Assembly (NCBI GenBank): GCA_041576165.1
Contig: JBFGLM010000002.1
Location: 112,983-176,982 of the forward strand
Length of the DNA: 64,000 nt
Source: Acidimicrobiia bacterium
Lineage (GTDB): Bacteria > Actinomycetota > Acidimicrobiia > Spongiisociales > Spongiisociaceae
Direction of reading: 5' to 3'
Within the stretch, counting starts at the first letter, position 1, and each line of letters starts with the position of its first letter. Shown here one piece after another: positions 56,644 to 64,000 of the stretch. The notes below the pieces were generated by a model. That model was not told where the DNA came from. It was given only the letters and a program-made list of their open reading frames with translations, and made no database searches. Position numbers and translations under genes: made by a program.

Positions 56644-58037
56644 GGCAGCGAGACCACCAGCAGCACTACCTCGCCGAACGCGTCTCGTTGCCCGCTGGTC
56701 GGTCCTGCGTTCATGCCGAGGTAGAGCGTCCGGCCGCTGTCATCGATCGTGACAGAGTACGTGCCTCCGAGCCGCAGCCCCAGTTTCGCCTCCGCCGCCG
56801 GATTCAACTCGAGCAATCTGGTTTGCTCGCCTGAGGCGACATCCACTGCGATGAGCGGCGTTCCCTGCTGCCACGATCCGCCGTGCGCGTCCGGCACGTA
56901 GTAGATGGTCGATGCGTCCGGGCTGCGGGCAATCGAAGTTGTGTAACCGGCGGCGTCGCTGATGGTGCGCACGGTTCCCGCGGGGTCGAGTTCGAAGAAG
57001 ACGGCCGGCTTGTCCGTCACGCCGAGAATCGAGCCCGATTCAGTTGGTGGCGTAGCCGCCCGCAGCACCTCGCCGGGCAGGGAGGCCGGAAAAGGTGCGC
57101 TGGCGTTGGCCAGCGGATCGTACATCGCAAGGCCTCCGTCGCGGAGCGAGTAGAAGGCTCGGCCGTCGCCGGCCACTGCGATGGAGCGAAATCCGGCGTG
57201 GTCGGGGTTGTCGTCCACAAACACCAGCGTGCCCGAACCGGCGTCCCGCACCACGAAGCTGCCGGAGCCTCCCGTCCCGGGAGGTGCCAGTGGGTCGACG
57301 GCCTCGCCGTAGAGAAGGCCCAGACCGGGCACCCCGGCCAGCGACGGCACCCCGTGGCGTTCGAAGAAGACGCCCAGGTTTTCGACGGTCCGGGCCTCGG
57401 GATCGAGCCGGAACAGGAGGTCACCCTGGTAGGAGTCGGTGAATTCCAGGTTGCGACGGGAGCCCCAGTAGGTCGTGACGAGCACCTCCCCACACGGACC
57501 GGGAACCATCTGAGCGTGGATCTTGCCGTACCCCCATGCCCCCGGCTCGTGGCCGGCCAAGGAGATGGCGTCTGCGATCCGGGTGAGCTTCTCGGCTGCC
57601 GGGTCGTATTCGAACAGGTAGGAATTGCCATCGACACCGCGATGGTCGCCCATCGCGGAGAGGAAACGCCCGTCATCGAGGACGATGCCTTGGCCCCACT
57701 GCGACCAGGGCCGGCCTTCGTAATCGGGCCGCGGGTAGACGACTGCATCAACTGTGATCGGTCCGTCGATCAGACGTTGGGCTTCCGCCACTTCCTGGGT
57801 CTCCCAGGGCACCGGCTGGCCCGACGGCCGGCCGGCACAAGTGGACGCTGCGCTCCCCGGCGTCGCGGTGGAATCGCCTGCGCCCAATGGCGCCTCACCG
57901 GCATTGGGCGCGCCGCCCGTCGCAGGTGCCGAACCCTCGACCGCGCCCGGCGCGGTGGCCAGAGCACCCGCCGACTCGCTCCCGCCGGTCGTACAGGCGG
58001 TCGCGACGAGTGCCAAGCCGACGACCAGTGTGAGCAA
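56640..58037 (-). CDS. putative beta-propeller lipoprotein
   Basis: Lipobox LVATA-C; Ala/Pro/Gly linker; repeated LFEYDP, LFRLDP, LAMYDP, FFELDP blades; GTGA coupling to downstream gene; start uncertain. Confidence 0.75.
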   Translation of the reverse strand: MLTLVVGLALVATACTTGGSESAGALATAPGAVEGSAPATGGAPNAGEAPLGAGDSTATPGSAASTCAGRPSGQPVPWETQEVAEAQRLIDGPITVDAVVYPRPDYEGRPWSQWGQGIVLDDGRFLSAMGDHRGVDGNSYLFEYDPAAEKLTRIADAISLAGHEPGAWGYGKIHAQMVPGPCGEVLVTTYWGSRRNLEFTDSYQGDLLFRLDPEARTVENLGVFFERHGVPSLAGVPGLGLLYGEAVDPLAPPGTGGSGSFVVRDAGSGTLVFVDDNPDHAGFRSIAVAGDGRAFYSLRDGGLAMYDPLANASAPFPASLPGEVLRAATPPTESGSILGVTDKPAVFFELDPAGTVRTISDAAGYTTSIARSPDASTIYYVPDAHGGSWQQGTPLIAVDVASGEQTRLLELNPAAEAKLGLRLGGTYSVTIDDSGRTLYLGMNAGPTSGQRDAFGEVVLLVVSLP

Positions 58038-58148
58038 TCGATCCAGAAACCACCCCCGGTCCCGCTTGGTGAGGCTACCGCCGGGCGCCGTTTAGTCGGC
58101 CGGGAATGTCGGTGTTCCGGCCGGAGGTTGTACCGGTCAGGAGGTGCG

Positions 58149-59111
58149 ATGACGCACGAATCTACGGTTCAGGCTGGCCTCGCCATCGTCGGGGTGTTCG
58201 AGGGTGGGGGCATCAAGGGTCTCGGGCTCGCCGGAGCTGCGGCTGCGGCGCTCGACCGAGGCCGGCGCTTTCAGCGAGTGATCGGGACGTCGGCGGGGGC
58301 ACTGGTCGGCTCGTTGATCGCCGCCGGATACACAGGCTCCGAGCTGCGGGCGATCGTAGGTGAGGTCCGCTGGGAGCACCTGCTCGACCCACCGCTGTTG
58401 AGCCGGATTCCGCGCATCGGCCCTCACTTTGCCATGTTGCGCTGGAACGGGATCTACCGGGGACGCCGGCTCGAGCAAACCTGGGCCCGACTGCTGGCCG
58501 CCAAAGGCGTTCACATCTTCGACGACCTGCCTCGGCGTGGGTTGCGGGTCGTGGCCACCGACCTCACGAACACCAAGGCCATGGTGCTGCCCGATGATCT
58601 GCCCGGGTACGGGATCGATGCCGGCTCGTTCTCGGTCGCTCGCTCGGTCCAGATGTCGGCCGCGGTGCCCTTTGCCTTCCGGACGGTCCCGCTGCGGCAG
58701 CCGGACGGGCGAATCGTCCAGGTGGCCGATGGAGCGCTGGCAGCCAGATTCCCGGTGCAGCTAGCCGACTTCGAAGCGGGTCTGCCGGTCGTGGGTTTCC
58801 GGCTCGTATCGATCCGGGAGCCGGCGATTCAACACCAGATTCGGGGCCCGCTTTCTCTGGCGGCAGCGGTGATCTCGGCGGGAATGGGGGCACGTGAGAC
58901 CCTTCCGAACCTGTGCTCCGGCCTGCGCCGCGTCGTGCACGTGCCGATGGATCACGACTCCCTGGATTTCGGCATCACCCGTGCCAAGGCGCTCGAGCTG
59001 TTCGAGGCCGGTTACCGGGCGGGCGCCGACTTCTTCGACGCAGTTGACACTGGAGCGCTGGCCTTCACAGACGACCGGCCCGGCGAAGCCCGCCCGAGCG
59101 TCGGCGCGTGA
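58149..59111 (+). CDS. patatin-like phospholipase
   Basis: AGGAGG RBS; FEGGGIKG, GTSAG nucleophile, DGA motif. Confidence 0.92.
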   Translation: MTHESTVQAGLAIVGVFEGGGIKGLGLAGAAAAALDRGRRFQRVIGTSAGALVGSLIAAGYTGSELRAIVGEVRWEHLLDPPLLSRIPRIGPHFAMLRWNGIYRGRRLEQTWARLLAAKGVHIFDDLPRRGLRVVATDLTNTKAMVLPDDLPGYGIDAGSFSVARSVQMSAAVPFAFRTVPLRQPDGRIVQVADGALAARFPVQLADFEAGLPVVGFRLVSIREPAIQHQIRGPLSLAAAVISAGMGARETLPNLCSGLRRVVHVPMDHDSLDFGITRAKALELFEAGYRAGADFFDAVDTGALAFTDDRPGEARPSVGA

Positions 59112-59126
59112 AATCCGGGTGCAAGA

Positions 59127-59276
59127 TTTCTCGCCGTGCGGTGAGAGATCTCCGTGGGTGAGGCCGTGGGCCGAATGGCGGTGTGTGGTGAGGTGTGGTG
59201 TGGTGATTGGGCGGTGGGGGAGTTTCTCGCCGTGCGGTGAGAGATTTCCGTGGGTGAGGCCGCAGGCCGAACGGCG
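59127..59276. repeat. two 54-bp direct repeats with internal palindrome (REP-like)
   Basis: 59127-59180 and 59223-59276 match at 50 of 54 positions; core TTTCTCGCCGTGCGGTGAGAGA folds as a hairpin; 42-bp G/T-rich spacer. Confidence 0.9.
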
Positions 59277-59304
59277 CCGAACGACGCCGAACGAGAAGGG
59301 CAGG

Positions 59305-59387
59305 TACCGGGAGCGGGACTCGAACCCGCACGTCCAAAGGACACCGGATTTTGAGTCCGGCGCGTCTACCAATTCCGCCATCCCGGC
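59305..59387 (-). tRNA. tRNA-Leu (anticodon CAA)
   Basis: GCCGGGA/TCCCGGT acceptor stem, GGCGGAATTGGTAGACGC D arm, CCGGA-CTCAAAA-TCCGG anticodon arm, long variable arm, GGTTCGAGTCC T arm; CCA not encoded. Confidence 0.97.
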
Positions 59388-59485
59388 ATGGCATGGTGCG
59401 TGAGTGGAGTGTAGTGCGGATGTCCGTGGCCGAGACCGCCGTTTCCGCGAGATTCGGCGCGCCGTTCACGGTATCGTTCGTACCG

Positions 59486-59764
59486 GTGGCGATGCGCCGA
59501 CACGAGAAGAAGCTATTCGCGCTGAATGATCAGCTGGTTGCGCTCCGGGCCGAGCGGCAGCAGGTCGAAGCCGAGCTGACCATGCACCGTCACATCAACG
59601 ATGACGCCCAGCGGGATGCGGCCGGCGGCAATGCGGCCGACCGGGCGGAGGCCCACGAAACCGCGGCGGATGTCGCCAGGTTCGAACGCCATCTGCGACG
59701 TCTCGACGCGTCGGAGCGGAAACTGGAGGAGAAGCGCCGCCGGTTGCTGGCCCGGCTGGATTAG
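59486..59764 (+). CDS. small coiled-coil hypothetical protein
   Basis: Heptad-rich helical sequence with HRHINDDAQRDA; TATCGT 8 nt before GTG 59486 (ATG 59492 alternative). Confidence 0.75.
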   Translation: MAMRRHEKKLFALNDQLVALRAERQQVEAELTMHRHINDDAQRDAAGGNAADRAEAHETAADVARFERHLRRLDASERKLEEKRRRLLARLD

Positions 59765-59899
59765 ACCTGAATCCAACGAGTCAGGCTGCTCGCCTCATAC
59801 GGACCTATGTCGCGTCCGACCGGTGTTCGAGCTTCTCGTCGCGCCCCGGTTTCCCACGGAGCTGGAGGGGTGACCCCTCGTGAGTTGCCGTCAGTTCAC

Positions 59900-59931
59900 C
59901 CGGGCGAGCCGGGTCCTCCCGGCCCGCCCGG
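59900..59931. terminator. GC-rich hairpin between convergent genes
   Basis: CCGGGCG-A-GCCGGG-TCCT-CCCGGC-C-CGCCCGG, 8 nt from the SGNH stop codon. Confidence 0.6.
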
Positions 59932-59939
59932 AATCCGTG

Positions 59940-60845
59940 TCAAACCAGGCCGAGTGCCTCGATCAGATCAGCGTGGGCGCCGGCGATCTTCTTATAGCCT
60001 TTGTCGGATGGGTGGATGTCAGGTTGGGGACCCGGCGCCGGGTCCCAGTCGCTCAACACGTAGCTCGAGCCTGACTTTTCGCACATTCGCGTCCACCGGC
60101 ACACTGCCCGAACGTTGGCCGGCGGGTCGCCGCCGTCCGTCTTGAACGTCTTGAAGGTGGTCGCGACGTCGACGACCGGTACGCCGAACGCCGCATATAC
60201 CGTGCCCAAGGTGTCGTTGAAGACGGACGTGATCGCAAGTGATTGCGTGGCCAGCGCCTGACCGGCAGGCCCGGTGATCCAGAACGCAAGGTTGGGGTTG
60301 TAGTAGTTCATCGCCACGATCGGCACGCCCGGAGCCACCGCTTGCAGGGTACCGACTATCACGGGCAGGTTGGCACCGATCTGGCCCAGCTGCGCGGCGA
60401 CGCAGGCCGGCAGGCTGGGATCGGCGGGATCGCAGGCGAGGAGGTCGTTGGCACCGATCGCGATCGTGATCAGCTCGACCTCACCCGGGTTCGCCAACAG
60501 GTAGGCCACCGCCGCGTCGAGCTGTGATGTGCCACCAGGCGGCAATACCGGGGCCGGCCCGTAACAAAGTGAGTTGCCCGCGGGCCCCGCACCAAACCGC
60601 ATCTCGACGGTGTCGTCGCCCGGACAGGCCAGATTCACAAAATTGTCGAAACCGAATTCGTCCTGCAGATCATCGAACAGTTCGTTGGTGTAGCCGTTGG
60701 CCGTGAACGGTGCTGGCTGCTGCGTGCCGGCGGCCACCGAATCGCCGAGAGCTAGGTACGTCCCGCCGGAACTGTCGGCGCTGGCGGCCGGCGCCATCAC
60801 CATCACCATCACACTCGCCAGCAGCGCGATCAACCGCTTCTTCAT
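59940..60845 (-). CDS. secreted SGNH/GDSL hydrolase
   Basis: Signal peptide; YLALGDSVAAG, NLACPG, IGAND, PDIHP. Confidence 0.92.
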   Translation of the reverse strand: MKKRLIALLASVMVMVMAPAASADSSGGTYLALGDSVAAGTQQPAPFTANGYTNELFDDLQDEFGFDNFVNLACPGDDTVEMRFGAGPAGNSLCYGPAPVLPPGGTSQLDAAVAYLLANPGEVELITIAIGANDLLACDPADPSLPACVAAQLGQIGANLPVIVGTLQAVAPGVPIVAMNYYNPNLAFWITGPAGQALATQSLAITSVFNDTLGTVYAAFGVPVVDVATTFKTFKTDGGDPPANVRAVCRWTRMCEKSGSSYVLSDWDPAPGPQPDIHPSDKGYKKIAGAHADLIEALGLV

Positions 60846-60981
60846 CGAATCCCTCCCCTAAACCGATGCGCTCACCCTAGACAGGCCAGAGGGACAACGG
60901 CCGGTGTGGCTGGGTGGACTGCCAAAAGCAGTTGATGTTGTCGACCGGAGTGTCGGCCCGCGGCCCCTATGATCGGCTCCG

Positions 60982-63600
60982 ATGCCGACTCTCGCCCTGC
61001 TCGACGGTCACAGCCTGGCCTACCGCGCATTCTTTGCCCTCCCCGCGGACCTGGCCACCAAATCGGGTCAGGTCACCAACTCGGCCTACGGCTTCACGTC
61101 GATGCTGATCAAGCTCCTCGGCGATCACGCCCCTGACGGCCTGGCGGTCGCGTGGGACGCAGGCCGGGCGACCTTCCGCACCGACGAGTACGCCGACTAC
61201 AAGGCGCAACGTGAATCGGCACCCGACCTCTTCAAGGTACAACTGCCGCTGATCCGCGAGGTGCTGGACGTGTTCGGAACTCCCCAGTTCGAGATTCCTG
61301 GGTATGAGGCCGACGACATAATCGCCACCCTGGCCCGCGATGCGGTGGCCGCCGGATGGGATGTCCTCATCGTCACGGGCGATCGCGACGCGTTCCAGCT
61401 GATCACCGACCACGTAGGAGTCGTCTACACCCGGCGAGGGATCAGCGACACGGTCCTGGCGGACGCCAAGTGGGTTGAGGACAGGTACGGGATACGCCCT
61501 GACCAGTACGTCGAGTACGCCGCGTTACGGGGAGACAACTCGGACAACCTGCCCGGCGTCCCGGGAGTCGGAGAGAAGACTGCGTCGAAGCTGATCCGCG
61601 AGCACGGATCCCTCGAAGGAATCTACGAGCACCTCGAGGACATGACTCCCAAGCTGCGTGAGAATCTTGCTGCCAGCCGCGAGCAGGTGTTGCTCAACCG
61701 GCGGCTGATGCGGCTGGTGGATGATCTGGAGATCGAGGTTGCAGTGGACGGTCTGCGACGGACGGTTCCCGACCGCGAGGCCACCAAGACACTTTTCGAC
61801 AGTCTCGAATTCCACAGCCTGTGGCAGCGGCTCACCGAACTCGAGGGCGGGGTCAGCGCTCGGGAGGTCGAAGTGATCGACGTCGAGGTTGTCACCGCCA
61901 CCGGCCCGGATGCGCTCGAAGGCTTGCGGACGGCTCCGCTGCTCGCGATCGACGCGGTGTGGGATGCAGGAACACTGGCCGGAGTCGTCGCGGCCGCCGA
62001 TCCGAATCGAGCCGTCTTTGTGCCGGAGGGCTCGATCGAGCTTCTCGCCCAGGTTCTCAAAACGGATCACGCAGTGGCCGCTGACCAGTCGAAGGACGTG
62101 GTCCGGGCGCTGGCCGCGCACAGTGTCGAGGTCCGCCCGCTGTTCGATCCGGCCATCGCGGCGTATGTGATCGACCCAGCGACGAGAGCCTATGACTTGG
62201 AAGAGATCGCATCGCGGCGCCTGGGCGTCGAGCTGGTCAGCGCCGACGCCGAGGGCGAAGACGGCGGCGCTCAGGGCACGTTGGATTTCGGCAGAGGCCC
62301 GGATCTCGAGCTCGCTGCGCGCCGCGTGGCCGTGGTGCTCAAGTTGGTCGACGTGTTGGGTGCCGAGCTGGACGCCCGCGGTGAGCGGGGCCTCTTTGAC
62401 GAGATCGAGATGCCGCTCGTGCCGGTCCTGGCCCGGATGGAGACCCGGGGCATCTTGGTCGATCGGGAGTACCTCCAGGAGATGGGCGATACGCTGCGGG
62501 ACGACATCGCAGAGCTCGAGAAGGAGATCCACGAGCTGGCGGGGGAACCCTTCAACGTGAACTCCACCTTGCAGCTGCGCAAGGTCCTGTTCGAGGACCT
62601 GGAGCTGCCGGTCCTGAAGAAGACCTCGAAGGGTGCTCCGTCCACGGATGCTTCGGTACTGGCCAAACTGGCGGACGCTCACCCGATCGTGGAGCGGCTG
62701 CTGCGATTCCGCGAGCTGGAGAAGCTCCGCGGTACCTATGTCGATGGTTATCTGCCGTTGATCGCGTCCGACGGGCGGATCCATGCCCGTTTCAACCAGA
62801 TCGCAGCCGCTACCGGGCGACTGTCGTCGGACAACCCGAACCTGCAGAACATCCCAATCCGATCCGAGACCGGCCGGACCATTCGTCGCGCATTCATCAC
62901 CGAACCAGGGTGGAGCTTCATCGTGGCCGATTACTCACAAATCGAGCTGCGCATCCTGGCGCACTTGAGTCAGGATTCCGGATTGCTGGAGGCTTTCGCG
63001 GGGCAGGAAACTGACATCCACACTGCCACCGCCGCCCGGGTGTTCGGGTTCGACCCGCACGACGTCACACCAGAAATGCGCCGGCGGGCCAAAGTGATCA
63101 ACTTCGGGCTGCTCTACGGCATGGAGGCCTTTGGGCTGGCGGACCGGCTGGAGATTTCACGCGAAGAGGCCCAGGAACACATGGACGCCTACTTCCAGCA
63201 GTTCCCCCAGGTACGTGCGTTCATGCGGAGCGTCGTCGACGAGGCCAAACGAGATGGCTATACCACGACGATCTTCGGCCGGCGCCGCTATCTGGCCGAG
63301 CTCAAGTCCGACAATTTCCGGATACGGCAGATGGGCGAGCGGATGGCTCTCAACGCCCCGGTCCAGGGCTCGGCCGCCGACATCATCAAGCTGGCGATGA
63401 TCGAGCTGGATGGTCGCCTGCGGGAACGTCGAACGGCACTCCTGCTTCAGATCCACGACGAGCTGGTGCTGGAAGCTCCCGACGACGAGCTGGACATGGC
63501 CAAACAAATGACCATTGAGGTCATGGAAGGAGTCGCCGACCTGGCCGTGCCGCTCCGGGTCGATGTGGGGGTCGGGGCTACGTTGGCTGAGTCGAAATAG
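60982..63600 (+). CDS. polA: DNA polymerase I
   Basis: 5'-3' exonuclease LLDGHSLAYRAFF, EADD, TGDRD, GDNSDNLPGVPGVGEKTA; polymerase ADYSQIELR, AKVINFGLLYG, LQIHDEL. Confidence 0.98.
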   Translation: MPTLALLDGHSLAYRAFFALPADLATKSGQVTNSAYGFTSMLIKLLGDHAPDGLAVAWDAGRATFRTDEYADYKAQRESAPDLFKVQLPLIREVLDVFGTPQFEIPGYEADDIIATLARDAVAAGWDVLIVTGDRDAFQLITDHVGVVYTRRGISDTVLADAKWVEDRYGIRPDQYVEYAALRGDNSDNLPGVPGVGEKTASKLIREHGSLEGIYEHLEDMTPKLRENLAASREQVLLNRRLMRLVDDLEIEVAVDGLRRTVPDREATKTLFDSLEFHSLWQRLTELEGGVSAREVEVIDVEVVTATGPDALEGLRTAPLLAIDAVWDAGTLAGVVAAADPNRAVFVPEGSIELLAQVLKTDHAVAADQSKDVVRALAAHSVEVRPLFDPAIAAYVIDPATRAYDLEEIASRRLGVELVSADAEGEDGGAQGTLDFGRGPDLELAARRVAVVLKLVDVLGAELDARGERGLFDEIEMPLVPVLARMETRGILVDREYLQEMGDTLRDDIAELEKEIHELAGEPFNVNSTLQLRKVLFEDLELPVLKKTSKGAPSTDASVLAKLADAHPIVERLLRFRELEKLRGTYVDGYLPLIASDGRIHARFNQIAAATGRLSSDNPNLQNIPIRSETGRTIRRAFITEPGWSFIVADYSQIELRILAHLSQDSGLLEAFAGQETDIHTATAARVFGFDPHDVTPEMRRRAKVINFGLLYGMEAFGLADRLEISREEAQEHMDAYFQQFPQVRAFMRSVVDEAKRDGYTTTIFGRRRYLAELKSDNFRIRQMGERMALNAPVQGSAADIIKLAMIELDGRLRERRTALLLQIHDELVLEAPDDELDMAKQMTIEVMEGVADLAVPLRVDVGVGATLAESK

Positions 63601-63728
63601 CCATCGCTCCGTTGGCGCGTCGGGCGCGTACCCGGTGGTTCCGGCTCTGCGGCTGTGGTACCCTCCAATGGCCCCTCCAGGTGTGTTCACCGGCGAGGGA
63701 GCCATTTCTTGGAGGTATTCACTCATCT

Positions 63729-64000
63729 ATGACCACTGACAATCACGACGCGAGCGCACCCTCTGAACCTGTTCTCGAGGAGCCAGCGGTAGCGGACTCG
63801 CCCGATAACGCTCCGGCCGTAGAAGCCGCAGCCGAAGCACCCCTACCCACCACAGAAACCGGCGAGCCGGAAGCCGCCGCCACCGAGGACGTCGCGGCAA
63901 CCATCGAGCCTGCCGCCGCCAGCGAGGACGTCGCGGCAGCCACCGAGCCTGCCGCCGCCAGCGAGGACGTCGCGGCAGCCACCGAGCCTGCCGCCGCCAG
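63729..64000 (+). CDS. 5' end of a CDS with acidic Ala-rich repeat N-terminus, probably 30S ribosomal protein S1 (runs off the window)
   Basis: GGAGG RBS, ATG 63729, frame open to the window end; identity inferred only from polA-rpsA synteny, no S1 domain visible. Confidence 0.5.
   Translation, partial: MTTDNHDASAPSEPVLEEPAVADSPDNAPAVEAAAEAPLPTTETGEPEAAATEDVAATIEPAAASEDVAAATEPAAASEDVAAATEPAAA
63873..64000 (+). repeat. 39-bp in-frame tandem repeat (3 full copies plus a partial one)
   Basis: Unit GCCGCCGCCAGCGAGGACGTCGCGGCAGCCACCGAGCCT at 63873, 63912, 63951, 63990; encodes AAASEDVAAATEP. Confidence 0.95.

Noticed and set aside
56883-58148. Apparent 742-aa N-terminally extended patatin
   Set aside because: The extension is antisense to the propeller lipoprotein; the real start is ATG 58149 with an AGGAGG RBS.
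59127-59276. Possible mini-CRISPR array
   Set aside because: Only two units, 54 bp long, a low-complexity spacer and no cas genes; kept as a REP-like repeat.

Overview
High-GC actinobacterial chromosome segment, probably Acidimicrobiia-like (inferred from gene content and order). It is almost all core genome. From left to right: an accessory left end (HNH nuclease, secreted protein, arsC plus aquaporin, two paralogous lipoproteins); the dcw cluster mraZ-rsmH-ftsL-(small ORF)-ftsI-murE-mraY-murD-ftsW-murG-murC-murB-ftsQ-ftsZ-pgeF-yggS-sepF-yggT-divIVA, lacking murF, ddl and ftsA; an inverted ileS; a DUF167 ORF running in frame into a DksA/TraR zinc-finger protein; lspA, rluD, dnaE; an ArsA/Get3-like ATPase pair; thyX, xpt, nth, MATE and MFS transporters, ccdA; a split trp region (trpE-ygfZ, a two-component system, trpCFBA); GT87, bcp; two beta-propeller lipoproteins; patatin; tRNA-Leu(CAA); an SGNH hydrolase; polA; and the repetitive start of a probable rpsA. 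I saw no CRISPR array, transposase, integrase or rRNA. Best leads: (1) an FtsI with 8 Cys in 4 pairs plus an FtsW with a loop Cys pair, possibly a redox- or metal-controlled septal synthase; (2) a duplicated lipoprotein, each copy preceded by a tandem GCAAT-N4-ATTGC operator; (3) a 70-codon ORF coupled to both ftsL and ftsI; (4) the DUF167-DksA read-through; (5) a mraW-motif-like hairpin, FtsR-like boxes before ftsZ and widespread leaderless-type promoters. All calls come from reading motifs by eye; no database search was run.
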